Part shown: piece after piece, positions 12,021 to 23,840 of the stretch | Numbering within the stretch: position 1 is the stretch's first letter | How the letters are laid out: each line of letters starts with the position of its first letter | NCBI GenBank assembly: GCA_038087875.1 | Contig: CM075988.1 | Span: 7,256,001 to 7,320,000 of the forward strand | Source of the DNA: Malacoraja senta | Taxonomy: Eukaryota | Direction: 5' to 3' | Length of the DNA stretch: 64,000 bases | Position numbers and translations under genes: made by a program | Notes under the pieces: generated by a model | What the model was told of the DNA's origin: nothing | Databases searched by the model: none | What the model saw: only the letters and a program-made list of their open reading frames with translations

Positions 12021-12178
12021 TTTATTGCCTTCCCTCACAATGGGAACGTTGATTCCGCTGTGTGCGGATGTTTATGTTAAACTCTATTGTGTATTGTGCT
12101 CTTTTTATTGTATGGCTGTATGGTAACTCAAATCTCACTGTACCAATTGGTGCATGTGACAATAAATGTAACTTGAAC
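12021..12178 (+). mobile_element. 5'-truncated bipartite non-autonomous Rex1/Babar derivative
   Basis: GCCTTCCCTCACA junction motif followed by a Rex-type tail AAATCTCACTGTACCAATTGGTGCATGTGACAATAAA. Confidence 0.65.
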
Positions 12179-12207
12179 AATTGTGTCATCTCCAAATTTG
12201 TGGATAG

Positions 12208-13051
12208 ACCACCGGGTGGCGTCGTAAGTGGCATCCTCGCCAACAGCCTGTCTCGTCCCTTTCATCTTTTGTTTTCAGTCTGTTTTATTTGTATGTTTTA
12301 GTGTATCTTAGTTTTGTATTATGTGTGTGGGGTTGGGGGAAACTTTTTTATCTCTTCCCTCGACGGAGATGCGACTTTTTCCGCACTGCGGCCCAACATC
12401 GTGGAGTTGGCGGTCACTTTGTTAGGGATCGACTTTGGGAGCTCCAACCACAGCAGCTTCTACCGCCCCGATCGCAGGAGCCTCGATCGCCCCGTTGCGG
12501 GGGCTTCGAACGCCGACTACGGGAGCTTCGATCGCCCTGACTACGAATGTTTCTATCGCCCCGACCGCGGGAGAAAAGGGAAGAAGGTAAAAGTTATTCG
12601 CCTTCCATCACAGTAGGGAATGTGAGGCCGCCAAAAAACAAGATGGACTTGCTGCCTGTGCTGGTGGGGTCTCGGAGGGATTGCCGTGAGTGCAGTGATC
12701 TCGGTATTTGCAGGGACATCGCGCCATGAGAACATCCTGAAGTCTGGTGTGAGTGTGGACGGCTTTCTGACTTTGGGCGGACAGGGACTGCAGAGAGAGT
12801 GACAGCGGTCGGTACAACTCTGTTCACATCATGGTGAAGGAACATGTGTGTGGCTTGACATTGAACTGATGGATGTGGGTCTCCGCTTATGCTATGTGCC
12901 CTAGGGATTCTCACACGCCGCTGTGGTGTCTGTTTATGTTAAAATTGTTATGTAGTTTTGTATCTTGTCGCTTTTTTGGTATGACTGTATGGTAAATCAA
13001 ATTTCACTGTACGTCTGAACACGTGTCAATAAAGGACTATTGAACCATTGA
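12208..13051 (+). mobile_element. Bipartite non-autonomous Rex1/Babar derivative retaining the endonuclease N-terminus
   Basis: GC-rich 5' region with short tandem repeats; LPSITVGNVRPPKNKMDLL...RDCRECS resembles the Rex-clade APE start; jumps directly to a Rex-type 3' tail with AATAAA. Confidence 0.72.
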
Positions 13052-13344
13052 GTTAGGCCTGAATTCGGCCACACAGTCATGATCGGAAAGGGGGCATACT
13101 GCAGTAGGGTACTGAGAACACATCCTTGCATGGCAGTGGTATTGAAAATCATTATGGAAAATATGTCATGCCCCTTTCCTCACCAGTTGTGGACTGTGGG
13201 TCAGAAGTCAAGGATCCAGTGGCAGAGGCACGTGCTGACTCCTTGGTCCTGGGTTTTGGAGATGTTTGGATGGGCTTATGGTATTGAAGGCAGAGCTGTA
13301 ATCAATAAATAGGAGTCTGATGTAGTTGCCCTTATTGTCTTGGT

Positions 13345-14035
13345 CAGTGTTTCCCAAAGTGGGGTACGCGTACCCCCAGGGATACGCGAAAGATCTTCAG
13401 GGGGTACGTGTCAGATTTTAAGCCGAAAAACAATCTGATGCCGAACAGACATGACATCAAAAAGCTGAAAAAATATATAATTTTTTTTAAGTATTTCAGT
13501 GCTTCATAACTATTTATCATTTCGGCTTCATGTGCGTTCGGTGTCAAATTGTTTTTCGCCTTAAAATCTGACGGGGAATGAACATGACGTAGAAAAGCCT
13601 CTGTGGCAATCGTAGCAGCTTGGAGTCACTGCCACCAGTTTACAAATGCAAGCTCAAGACCCCCCCCACCCTCCCGTCTCCCCCCGGCCAGTGATGCACC
13701 TCACTGCCTGCTTAGAATCACTGCCACCATTTTACAAACACAAGCTCAAACTCCCCCCCCCCCCCCACCCTCCCGTCTCCCACCGGGCCAGTGAAGTGAT
13801 GGATGCGGGAGTCTAGACCAATCGCTGACCTCTGTCGATGACTCACAAGGTGTTGGACCAATCCCGTCCCCGGAGACGTCATGTCCATTCGACGGCTTTT
13901 CGACGTCATGTCCTTCCGGCTTCGTATCCTTTTGGCGTCGTGTCCGTTCGCCTTCGTATCCTTTCGGCGTCGTGTCCGTTTGGCTTCGTATCCTTGTGCC
14001 GTCATGTCCGTTGGCTTTTCGGTGTGATGTAAGTG
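13345..14035. mobile_element. hAT-like left end followed by a foldback segment with inverted subterminal repeats
   Basis: CAGTGTTTCCCAAAGTGGGG hAT-type TIR; inverted repeat 13410-13447 / 13536-13572; about 33-bp tandem units at 13870-14020 whose reverse complement occurs near 13448 and 13582. Confidence 0.5.
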
Positions 14036-14044
14036 TGATAAGAA

Positions 14045-16800
14045 TTGTAGGCTGTCGAGGTCAAGAGCGAGGAGGGCTGTCGGAGAGCAAAGGGGACCCC
14101 CAAGCAACCGCTAAGAACAACTGAACTGTTGGAGAGTGAGTAAGCCCTTCGAGGTTGAGAGCTAGGAGGAGATCCAGGAAGGCCGTCAGAGTGAAGAGGG
14201 GTGTCGGAGAGCGAGGAATCCCATCCAGAGCGAGGAAGGCTGCCGGAGAGCGAGGTAGACCGTAGGAGAGCGTGAAGGGCCGTCGAGGTTGAGAGTGAGG
14301 AGGACCATCGAGGGTGAGTGCGTGGAGGGTCGTCGAAGAGCGAAGAGGGCCTATGGAGAGTAAGAGCCACCGAGAACGATGGGGGACCTAGTTTGCGGGG
14401 AACGCCGAGTACGATGGGGTGAAGTGTGTCCCTTGTTCCTAGGTGTTCCCAAAGATGAGTTTAGAACAAGGGAGTTGGTGCCTGCTGTGGATTTGTTGCG
14501 ACATTACACAAATTGCAGTGATAACGGTTGTCTTGGAGGCTAGATTAATGTATGCCATCTCTTATAGTCAATATAGTTTCTTGAAGCCCCAAAGCAGCAT
14601 GCCGGGAGTGTTCCAGACTAGCAGCGCCAAGCCCTCCAGCAGGCCCTGGCTCGCCCGCCGAAGTTGGACCCAGGCCACCGGCATCTGGATCCGTGCCGCG
14701 AGAGCGAAGGGGACCCACAAGTAACGGCTGAGAACGAGGGGACCATCGGAGAGTGAGATTGGCCATTGGAGGGCCCTCTGGATGGCCGTCAGAGAGTGAG
14801 GATGGCCATTAGAGAGTGAGGGGAGCTGTTGGAGACCGAGGAATGCCGTCTGAGTCTTCCCGGCAAGTGCGGCTAGCCTTCCAGAAGGCTCCAGCTGCCT
14901 GCTGGGGACAGTGGACCCAACCAGTAGGCCCTGCTTGCCCTCCACGGACTCCGGTCAGCCCAGGGCTAACAGCATCAGGACCCAGGCCCTGAGAGCGAGG
15001 AGGGACCTGTGGGCAGCCACCGAGTACGATGGGACCGTCAGAGAATGGTCGACCATCAAGGTCAAGAGCGAGGAGGGCTGCTGAGTGAGGAAGGCGGCTG
15101 GGTAGCGACGTGGGCCATTGGGGAGCAAAGAGTGTCGTTGGGGAGCAGAGTGCCATTGGGGATCGAGGAGGTCTGTCGTGGAGCGAGTTGGAGCGAGGAG
15201 GTCCGCCGTGGAGCGAGGAAGACCGATGGAGAGCATGGAGGTCCGTCGGAGAGCAAAGAGGGTCGTCGGAGAGTAAGGGCCGCCAAGAACGATGTGGGGC
15301 GCCGAGTATGATGGGATGATGTAGGTAGTCTTGTTGTCTAGGTGTTCCAGAGATGAGTTTAGAATCAGGGACTTGGTGTCTGCTGTGGACTTGTTGCGAC
15401 ATTAGGCAAATTGCAGTGAATCAAGGTAGTCTGGGAGGCTAGATTACGGTATGATGTCTCTAGTCTCATGAAGCTCATCAGCATGCTGGGAGTGGTCCCG
15501 GCAAGCGGGGCCAAGCCCTCCAGCAGGCTTTGGCTCGCTTGCCGGGGACAATGGACCTGCTCGGTAGGATCAGCTCGCCCGCCCCAGACTCCGAAAATGG
15601 ACCCAGGCCATCAGCTTCTGGACCCACGCCGCGATAGCGAAGGGGACCTACAAGCAACTGCTGCAAACGATGTGGACCCACGAGTAACCGCTAAGAGCGA
15701 ATGAACTGTCGGAGAGTGAGTAAGCCCGTCTAGGTCGAGAGCCAGGAGTAGAGTGAGGAAGACAGCCGGAGAACGAGTTATGAGGTCGGAGCGAGGATGA
15801 CTGTTGAGGTCAAGAGCGGGGAATTACACCAGAGAGCGAGGAGGGCTGTCGGTGAGGAAGTAAAGGCATCGGAGAACCTGGTAGGCTGTTGAGTTCGAGA
15901 GTGACGAGGGCCGTGGAGGTCGAGAGCGTGGAGGGCCGATGGAGAGTAAGTTCCGACGAGAACGATGGGGGATACCATTAACGGGGTAGGCCAAGTACGA
16001 TGGGATGACGTGGGTGTCCTTGTTGCCTAAGTGTGCCAGAGATGAGTTTAGGACCAGGGAGTTGGTGCCTGATGTGGTTTTGTTGCAACAGTAGTCAAAT
16101 TGTAGTGAATCATGGTTGTGTTGGAAGCTAGATTAATGAATGCCATCACTTCTCTCATGAAGCTTCGTAGCAGCGTGCTGGATCTGTTCCAGGCAAGTGG
16201 GGCCAAGCCCTCCAGCTGGCCCCGGCTCGTCGGGGAAAGCCATCAGAAAGTGAAGAGGGCCATTGGAAAGCGAGGAAGTGAGGGTGGAGGAGGACCGCCA
16301 GATAATAAAGAGAGCTGCCGGAAAGGGAAGAGGGCTGTTGGAGTATTCCCGGCAAGTGGGGCTAGCCTTTCAGAACGGGACAGTGGACCCACCCGCTCGA
16401 CCTTGCTCGTCCGCCGAGGACTTCAAAGTCGGAACCGGGTTACCAGTGTCAGGACCCAGGCCACGGGAGAGAGGAGTGACTCTTGAGCAATACCCGAGAG
16501 CGAAGGGACGTTTGGAGAGAGTGGTAGGGAGCGAGGAAGGCCGTTGGAGAGCGGCGAGGACCACTGGAAATTGACGATGCCCTTCCAGATTGAAGAAGGC
16601 AGTCGGAAAACATGGTAGGCCATCAAGGTCAAGAGCGAGGAGTGCCACAGAGAGTGAGGGGATGCTCCGCTGGGGGGGAGCAAGCATTGTTATCGAGAGC
16701 GAGGGGGGCCGTCGAGAGTGAGGAAGGTTGTTGAGAAGGGGAGGACCTTGAATGTCGAGAATGTGGAGGGCTGTCGGAGAGCGGAGGGCCGTTGGAGAGT
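14045..16800. repeat. Unclassified diverged higher-order tandem array
   Basis: A block of about 270 bp recurs at 14372, 15285 and 15958, separated by GAGAGCGAGG/CCGTCGGAGAG-rich spacers. Confidence 0.8.
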
Positions 16801-16802
16801 TA

Positions 16803-16842
16803 TGGGCCTGTCCCACTTAGGCGACTTTTTAGGCAACTGCAA
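16803..16842. mobile_element. Orphan Harbinger MITE terminal fragment (second copy +11014)
   Basis: TGGGCCTGTCCCACTTAGGCGAC resembles the local Harbinger TIR type. Confidence 0.5.
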
Positions 16843-17250
16843 CTGCTCCTATGCTGAGTGTTTGCGGGTCCGAGATGTGCTTTCCCAGCCTCACATGCTG
16901 CTTCCTGTCTGTCAGGAAGTTGGTGATCCACTGACAGAGGGGTTCAGGCACAGTCAACTCGGAAAGTTTGGAGTGTAGTATCTGGCACAATGGTGTTGAA
17001 TGCAGAGCTAAAATCAACAAACAGGATCCTCGCATAGGTCCCATGGCAGTCTAGGTGCTGTAGGATGAAGTGTAGGCCCAGGTTGACTGCATCATCCACA
17101 GATCTATTGGCCCGATATGCAAACTGCATAGGGTCCAGCAGGGAGTTTGTGATATTTTTCAACTTGGCCAGCACTAGCCTTTCGAGTGTCTTCATGACTA
17201 CAGAGGTCAGTGCGACAGGCCTGTAGTCATTGAGACATGTAATCCTTGCC
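16843..17250 (-). mobile_element. Rex1/Babar LINE RT fragment (second copy 27857-28264)
   Basis: CLNDYRPVALTSVVMKTLERLV, DPMQFAYRANRSVDDA, RILFVDFSSAFNTI, WITNFLTDRKQHV. Confidence 0.92.
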
Positions 17251-17723
17251 CAAACAATGCAAACTAATAAATTAACTCTTACTACTCTATTAAATCTGCT
17301 ACAGTTCCACCACCGATTTTCTGGTAAATGATGGTCCGGCACCTCCTCTAATCTGGACCAAATAGTGAGGGTGCAGCGCTACCGTGTGAGAGTACAGCGC
17401 TACCCACCGCCGATTTGGCGCGCAAGGCAATGCACATACTGCTACCGGCTGCAGACTTGCCGTGCAAAGGTTTAAACAGAGCGCTGTCGGCTTGGCGTGT
17501 GGAGCTTTAAACAAAGCGCTGTCGGCCACAGCGCCATCAGCCATTGAATATAGCGCTACCGGCCACAGCTTTATGGGGCTTTAAACATAGCGCTACCGTC
17601 CACAGCACTATCAATCACGGACTGTTTGGGCAAAACTCTTATTACAGTGTGACGCTCGCTTTTTTGGGATGTGTGCCTCCATCCCGAAAGAGTTATTTGT
17701 TTTCTTCTGCAATTTTTGATGGT

Positions 17724-20330
17724 TGTTATATTCCGGACGGCAAAATGAAGAACAAGACTTACACACTGGTTGCTTGAATCATGAGAGAGAGAGGGATTTA
17801 TTACCCAGCATTCCCTGCTTATATTGAACACCAACTCATTAACATACACATGAATATGTATGAATACATTACACTGCTCTCCTTTACCTAAGTTCTCAGT
17901 TACAATTTTGTTGTAATACTTGATTTAAACCAGTATTTATTTTACATATCTACACATTTTTGTTTTACTTGTGCAGTGAGTTATTTAACTTACAAACCTA
18001 ACCAGACTACTGGTTTACGGATCCTGCCTGATTGTCTAACAGTAACAGGTGTAACAGGTTTGGATCATGGAAACTTCATTGTCATTCAGACCTTTCGGTC
18101 TGAACGAAATTTCGTTGCCTTGCAGTCATACATATAATAAAATAACAAAACACACAATAAACACAAATTTAACATCCACCACAGTGAGTTCACCAGACAC
18201 CTCACTGTGATGGAAGGCAAAAATCTTAAGTCTTTGTCTCTTCCCTCCTTGTTCTCCCTCTGCGCGAAGGCGATCCAGGCCTCCGATATTGTGACCCCAC
18301 CGTGTGATGGTAAGTAAGTCCCGCGGCCCAACCATGCTCCGCGAACGGGCCGGTTCAATCTCCGCGGCCCGGGGTAGTCGAAGCTGCCGCCCTCCAGTCC
18401 AGCGGACAAAGCTGTTGCCGCGGGAGCTCTGGAAAAACAGGTCACCAACCTGTGACCTGCGAGCTCCCGACGTTGTCGTCTACTGGGCCCGCGGCCGAAC
18501 CTCCGAAATCGGGTCGCCGCCGCCGTAACACCACCTCAGCCCCGAGTCGGGTCGCTGCCGCCGGAACACCACCTCAGCCCCGAGTCGGGCCGCCGCCGCC
18601 GCCAGAACACCACCTCAGCCCCGAGTCGGGTCGCCGCCGCCGGAATACCACCTCAGCCCCGAGTCGAGTCGCCGCCGCCGGAACACCACCTCAGCCCCGA
18701 GTCAGGCCACCACCGGAACGCCAGAACCCGCCGCAGCCCCGAAGTCAGCCAGCCTCGCGCTGGTAAGTCCTGGCTGGCTCTGCCTCCGGAGCCTCGAGGT
18801 CGGTCGCAGTTGGAGGCCGCCAGCTCCGCCATTAGGGCCTCAGCGCAGATGGAGAAGGAGACGGGGATACGACAAGAAAAGTTGCATTCCCCCGAAGGAA
18901 GAGACTAAAACGCGTTGCTCCCACCCCCCCCCCCCCCACACATACACAACCTAATAACTCAAATTAACTAGCTAAAACAGGACAAGAAAACAACAAAAAA
19001 AGAAAAAACAAATGGACTGCAGGCGAGCCGCAGCTGCCGAGGCAGCGCCGCCACTCCAAAAGGTGTTGGTGTTGACTCAACTGTAGGCTTGTTTGGCTCT
19101 GTTTTAGTATCCTGACTTTGACCAGAGGAATCTGTTTCTTTGTCTGTGCTAACTTAACTTTGTGTTTCAATCACAGTGGTCTTTTCCAACTCACTTTCAG
19201 ATAAAAACTCGGGGATTAGGACTTCATCCTCAGTTTTTGGTTCATCTTTGGCTGGAATCATTTGATCAACATGAACACTTTTGATCCTATCTCCAACTTC
19301 AACTAAGTATCTTTTTGTTCCACAAACTTCCATTATTTTCCCAACATCCTATTTGTCTCGGCTGGACTTGTTGGGAAGACTGAGAACACGAACTTGCTCA
19401 TCTGGCTTGAAGTTCCTCTCCTTTTTGTGGGAGTCAAAATGGCATTTTTGACAACTGTTTTTGCTCAACTCTCAAGGCCAAATTGGGTATTCTTAGCCTT
19501 CTCTTCATTAACAGTTCTGCAGGTGAGTGACCCATTCTTGTGTGGTTCTGTACTTCAGCAAAGAAACTAGCCAAACGATGCCTCACGCTGAGCTTTGAAC
19601 TACCCTGCAAAACCTGTTTCTTGAGAGCATCTTTTACAACTCTAACAGACCTTGCCGCCGCCCTGTTGGAGGCTGGATGGTATGGGGGAACAAGTGTGTG
19701 TTTTACACCATTCTCGCTGCATGTACTCTTTGAACCGTTCTGAACGAAACTGAGGCCCGTTATCAGAAACAAGTTCTTCCAGTAAACCATGGCATGCAAA
19801 AATGGATTTCAGCTCATCTATGGTACGCTCAGTAGTAGTGCTTGACCCCAGATGCTTAACCTCAATCCACTTGGAATGACTATCTACTATTACCAGAAAG
19901 TGATCATTACCCTTCTCACAAAAATCTACATGAACTCTCTGAAAAGGTCTACATGGCCATGACCAGGGTTGCAGTGGTGTTTTTGGTGGTTTACTCCTGC
20001 AATTTTGGCAGACGCTACATTTGCTCACCAGTGACTCGATGTCACTGTCAATACCAGGCCAATACACAAAACCTCTGGCAATTGACTTCATGCTTACTAT
20101 GCCAGGATGTTCAGCATGAAGTTCATTCATAATTTTGTTTCTCAAAGACTCTGGTACAACCACTCTGTATACTCACTTCATGCATCCCTGCTCACATTAA
20201 AATTCATGGCGTCGATTATGGAAAGGCTGCAGCTCTGAGTTCAGTTACGAGTTCAATCCACTATTGATTTCAGTCCAACCTGTTCAATGAATGTTCATAG
20301 ACTCTCTTCAGCACAGTGTCTTTCTCTGTC
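17724..20330 (-). mobile_element. Partial Gypsy element: integrase remnant plus probable 3' LTR (second copy 28738-31344)
   Basis: HAEHPG...CSVC, RVHVDF, VSDNGPQF, PYHPASN; C-terminal RQSGRIRKP near 17995-18040; TGTTATA...ATTACA segment 17724-17873 with minus-strand AATAAA and an adjacent purine tract. Confidence 0.85.
18074..19057 (-). mobile_element. Bipartite non-autonomous Rex1/Babar derivative with an internal 38-bp tandem repeat (second copy 29088-30071)
   Basis: GC-rich head, GCCTTCCATCACAG junction, hairpin tail TTCAGACCGAAAGGTCTGAA-TGACAAT; about five GTCGCCGCCGCCGGAACACCACCTCAGCCCCGAGTCGG units at 18510-18710. Confidence 0.72.
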
Positions 20331-20657
20331 TCTGTTGCAGTCACTGGAAAGTCTTAATCTACAACTTGCAGTGTATAGATTGAATTCTCGCCTCCCACGA
20401 GCTAATTCAAGAGCTCTCCCGAGTTTAAAAAAAAATCAAACTCGTGGTCAGCAAATATTCTGCATGTTTGCTTATGGTGTATGGAGTCCTAACATAAAGA
20501 GCAATTAAATATACAGAGTGAAATATATAATGATCTTATATGCAAACTGACCTTGTGTACCAATTTCTATAATTTACAGTATAACTATTTATAGCTACAG
20601 GTTATTGTGAGTGTCTTTAAGTATGGTGAAATTAAAGTATAACAAAGTGAGTTAACA

Positions 20658-23600
20658 TGTAAATATGCTCCTAAAGCGTACCCCCCTTAGTCTAGTTCAG
20701 TAAAAACACTGAGTCAAGCACTGGACCAACTAAACTTTATTTTTGAACGAACAACAAATACCCCTATACGATACCTAAACCACCGCGGGTTCGATCCTTG
20801 TCTCTGCCTGGCCAAGCCCTTCAGCCTCGTGCAAGCAGACACTACCAAAAGGTCATGCAATCCCAAGTGCCCATCCAGAAGATCGACGATGATCCAAGTG
20901 GGGGCTACCTGTTATATGTCAACGAACCATGAGGGGCCGAACTACATAGGGGTGGTTCCCCTTACAAACCAATCACACATATCGATTACATTAAAGTATT
21001 ATTGACCGTCCCCCAACCCAATTACAAAGAGTCCCAAACAATGTTTCTACAGAAGCTTCTGGAAGGAAGTAAATTAATCAAATAACGCAACATTCTCATG
21101 GGTAATGTAAACAATTCAAACAAGGCTTCACACTTCAGCCAATCCTCAAACAGCAGGATAACTGTCCTGCAACATTATTAACACTTTACAATCCCGTTGC
21201 AGCAACCCAATCAAATCAATGCATTTATAACACCTTGAAGTTTATTTGCATGGTCCTCATTATCAATTGAGAGGACATCTGGATCTTCTTGGAATGTATG
21301 CGGGATAGTTTTCTAAACCAACATGTAGAGGAACCAACGAGAGAGCAGGCTATTCTAGACTGGGTATTGAGTAATGAGGAAGGGTTAGTTAGCAGTCTTG
21401 TGCGTGGCCCCTTGGGCAAGAGTGACCATAATATGGTTGAGTTCTTCATTAGGATGGAGAGTGACATTGTTAATTCAGAAAAAAGGGTTCTGAACTTAAA
21501 GAAAGGTAACTTTGAGTGTATGAGATGTGAATTGGCCAAGATAGACTGGCAATTGATTCTTAAAGGGTTGACGGTGGATATGCAATGGAAGGCATTTAAA
21601 GACTGCATGGATGAAATACAACAATTGTTCATCCCAGTTTGGCAAAAGAATAAATCAGGGAAGGTAGTGCATCTGTGGATAACAAGGGAAATCAGGGATA
21701 GTATCAAAGCAAAAGATGAAGCATACAAATTAGCCAGAAAAAGCAGCCTACCAGAGGACTGGGAGAAATTCAGAGTCCAGCAGAGGAGGACAAAGGGCTT
21801 AATTAGGAAAGGGAAAATAGATTATGAAAGAAAACTGGCAGGGAACATAAAAACTGACTGTAAAAGTTTTTATAGATATGTGAAGAGAAAAAGATTAGTT
21901 AAAACAAATGTAGGTCGCTTGCAGTCAGAAACAGGTGAATTGATCATGGGGAACAAGGACATGGCAGACCAATTGAATAACTACTTTGGTTCTGTCTTCA
22001 CAAAGGAAGACATAAATAATCTGCCGGAAATAGCAGGGGACCGGGGGTCAAATGAGATGGAGGAACTGAGTGAAATCCAGGTTAGCCGGGAAGTGGTGTT
22101 AGGTAAATTGAATGGATTAAAGGCCGATAAATCCCAAGGGCCAGATAGGCTGCATCCCAGAGTACTTAAGGAAGTAGCCCCAGGAATAGTGGATGCATTA
22201 GTGATAATTTTTCAAAACTCTTTAAATTCTGGAGTAGTTCCTGAGGATTGGAGGGTAGCTAATGTAACCCCACTTTTTAAAAAGGGAGGGAGAGAGAAAA
22301 CGGGGAATTACAGACCAGTTAGCCTAACATCGGTAGTGGGGAAAATGCTAGAGTCATTTATTAAAGATGGGATAGCAGCACATTTGGAAAGTGGTGAAAT
22401 CATTGGACAAAGTCAGCATGGATTTATGAAAGGTAAATCATGTCTGACGAATCTTATAGAATTTTTCAAGGATGTGACTAGTAGAGTGGATAAGGGAGAA
22501 CCAGGGGATGTGTTATATCTGGACTTTCAGAAGGCTTTCGACAAGGTCCCACATAAGAGATTAGTATACAAACTTAAAGCACACGGTATTGGAGGTTCAG
22601 TATTGATGTGGATAGAGAACTGGCTGGCAGACAGGAAGCAAAGAGTAGGAGTAAACGAGTCGTTTTCAGAATGGCAGGCAGTGACTAGTGGGGTACCGCA
22701 AGGCTCAGTGCTGGGACCCCAGCTATTTACAATATATATTAATGATCTGGATGAGGGAATTGAATGCAGCATCTCCAAGTTTGCAGATGACACGAAGCTG
22801 GGGGGCAGTGTTAGCTGTGAGGAGGATGCTAGGAAGCTGCAAGGCGACTTGGATAGGTTGGGTGAGTGGGCAAATGCATGGCAGATGCAGTATAATGTGG
22901 ATAAATGTAAGGTTATCCACTTTGGTGGCAAAAACAGGAAAGTAGACTATTATCTGAATGGTGGCCGATTAGGAAAAGGGGAGATGCAACGAGACCTGGG
23001 TGTCATGGTACACCAGTCATTGAAAGTAGGCATGCAGGTGCAGCAGGCAGTGAAGAAAGCGAATGGTATGTTAGCATTCATAGCAAAAGGATTTGAGTAT
23101 AATAGCAGGGAGGTTCTACTGCAGTTGTACAGGGTCTTGGTGAGACCACACCTGGAGTAGTGCGTACAGTTTTGGTCTCCTAATCTGAGGAAAGACATTC
23201 TTGCCATAGAGGGAGTACAGAGAAGGTTCACCAGACTGATTCCTGGGATGGCAGGACTTTCATATGAAGAAAGACTGGATAGACTCGGCTTGTACTTGCT
23301 AGAATTTGGAAGATTGAGGGGGGATCTTATAGAAACTTACAAAAGTCTTAAGGGGTTGGACAGGCTAGATGCAGGAAGATTGTTCCCGATGTTGGGGAAG
23401 TCCAGAACAAGGGGTCACAGTTTAAGGATAAGGGGGAAGTCTTTTAGATGAGAAGAACATTTTTCACACAGAGAGTGGTGAATCTGTGGAGTTCTCTGCC
23501 ACAGAAGGTAGTTGAGGCCAGTTCATTGGCTATATTTAAGAGGGAGTTAGATGTGGCCCTTGTGGCTAAAGGGATCAGGGGGTATGGAGAGAAGGCAGGT

Positions 23601-23840
23601 ACAGGATACTGAGTTGGATGATCAGCCATGATCATATTGAATGGCGGTGCGGGCTCGAAGGGCCGAATGGCCTACTCCTGCACCTATTTTCTATGTTTCC
23701 CCATCCTGCATATCAATCTAGGGCTCAGACTGGCTGGCACCATCCACAGCCTGTAATTTTCCACAGACAAAGGTTAAGCAAATCTTACAAATGCAGGGAT
23801 CCTCCATTTTATAGTGTCTTCAATTTGGTCAATATTAACA
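20658..23840 (-). mobile_element. Solo LTR (ERV/Gypsy type) split by a CR1 insertion (second copy 31672-34854)
   Basis: Termini TGTAAATAT...ATATTAACA; 4-bp TSD AACA at 20654-20657 and 23841-23844; TATA-like then AATAAA in the expected order on the minus strand. Confidence 0.7.
21280..23699 (+). mobile_element. CR1 LINE, 5'-truncated ORF2 (end of endonuclease, RT) plus 3' UTR
   Basis: 623-aa ORF with LGKSDHNMVEF, NYRPVSLTS, YLDFQKAFDKVPH, GVPQGSVLGP, FADDTK; premature TAG at 23158; ends TTTCTATGTTTC. Confidence 0.97.

Larger units (their letters stand above)
11305..13344 (-). mobile_element. Old Rex1/Babar-type LINE remnant interrupted by two younger insertions
   Basis: Rex-type tail near 11305-11350; degenerate RT C-terminal sequence 11600-12020, resuming at 12179-12207 and 13052-13344. 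Confidence 0.6.

Noticed and set aside
13870..14020. Regular repeats of about 33 bp that could suggest a CRISPR array
   Set aside because: Contiguous units with no unique spacers, no cas genes, and a eukaryotic context.
18510..18750. 38-bp repeat array as CRISPR or coding repeat
   Set aside because: Head-to-tail minisatellite inside a retroposon, with no spacers.
21289..23160. 623-aa ORF as a domesticated or active RT gene
   Set aside because: 5'-truncated CR1 with a premature stop and a downstream deletion; the second copy is probably an assembly duplicate.
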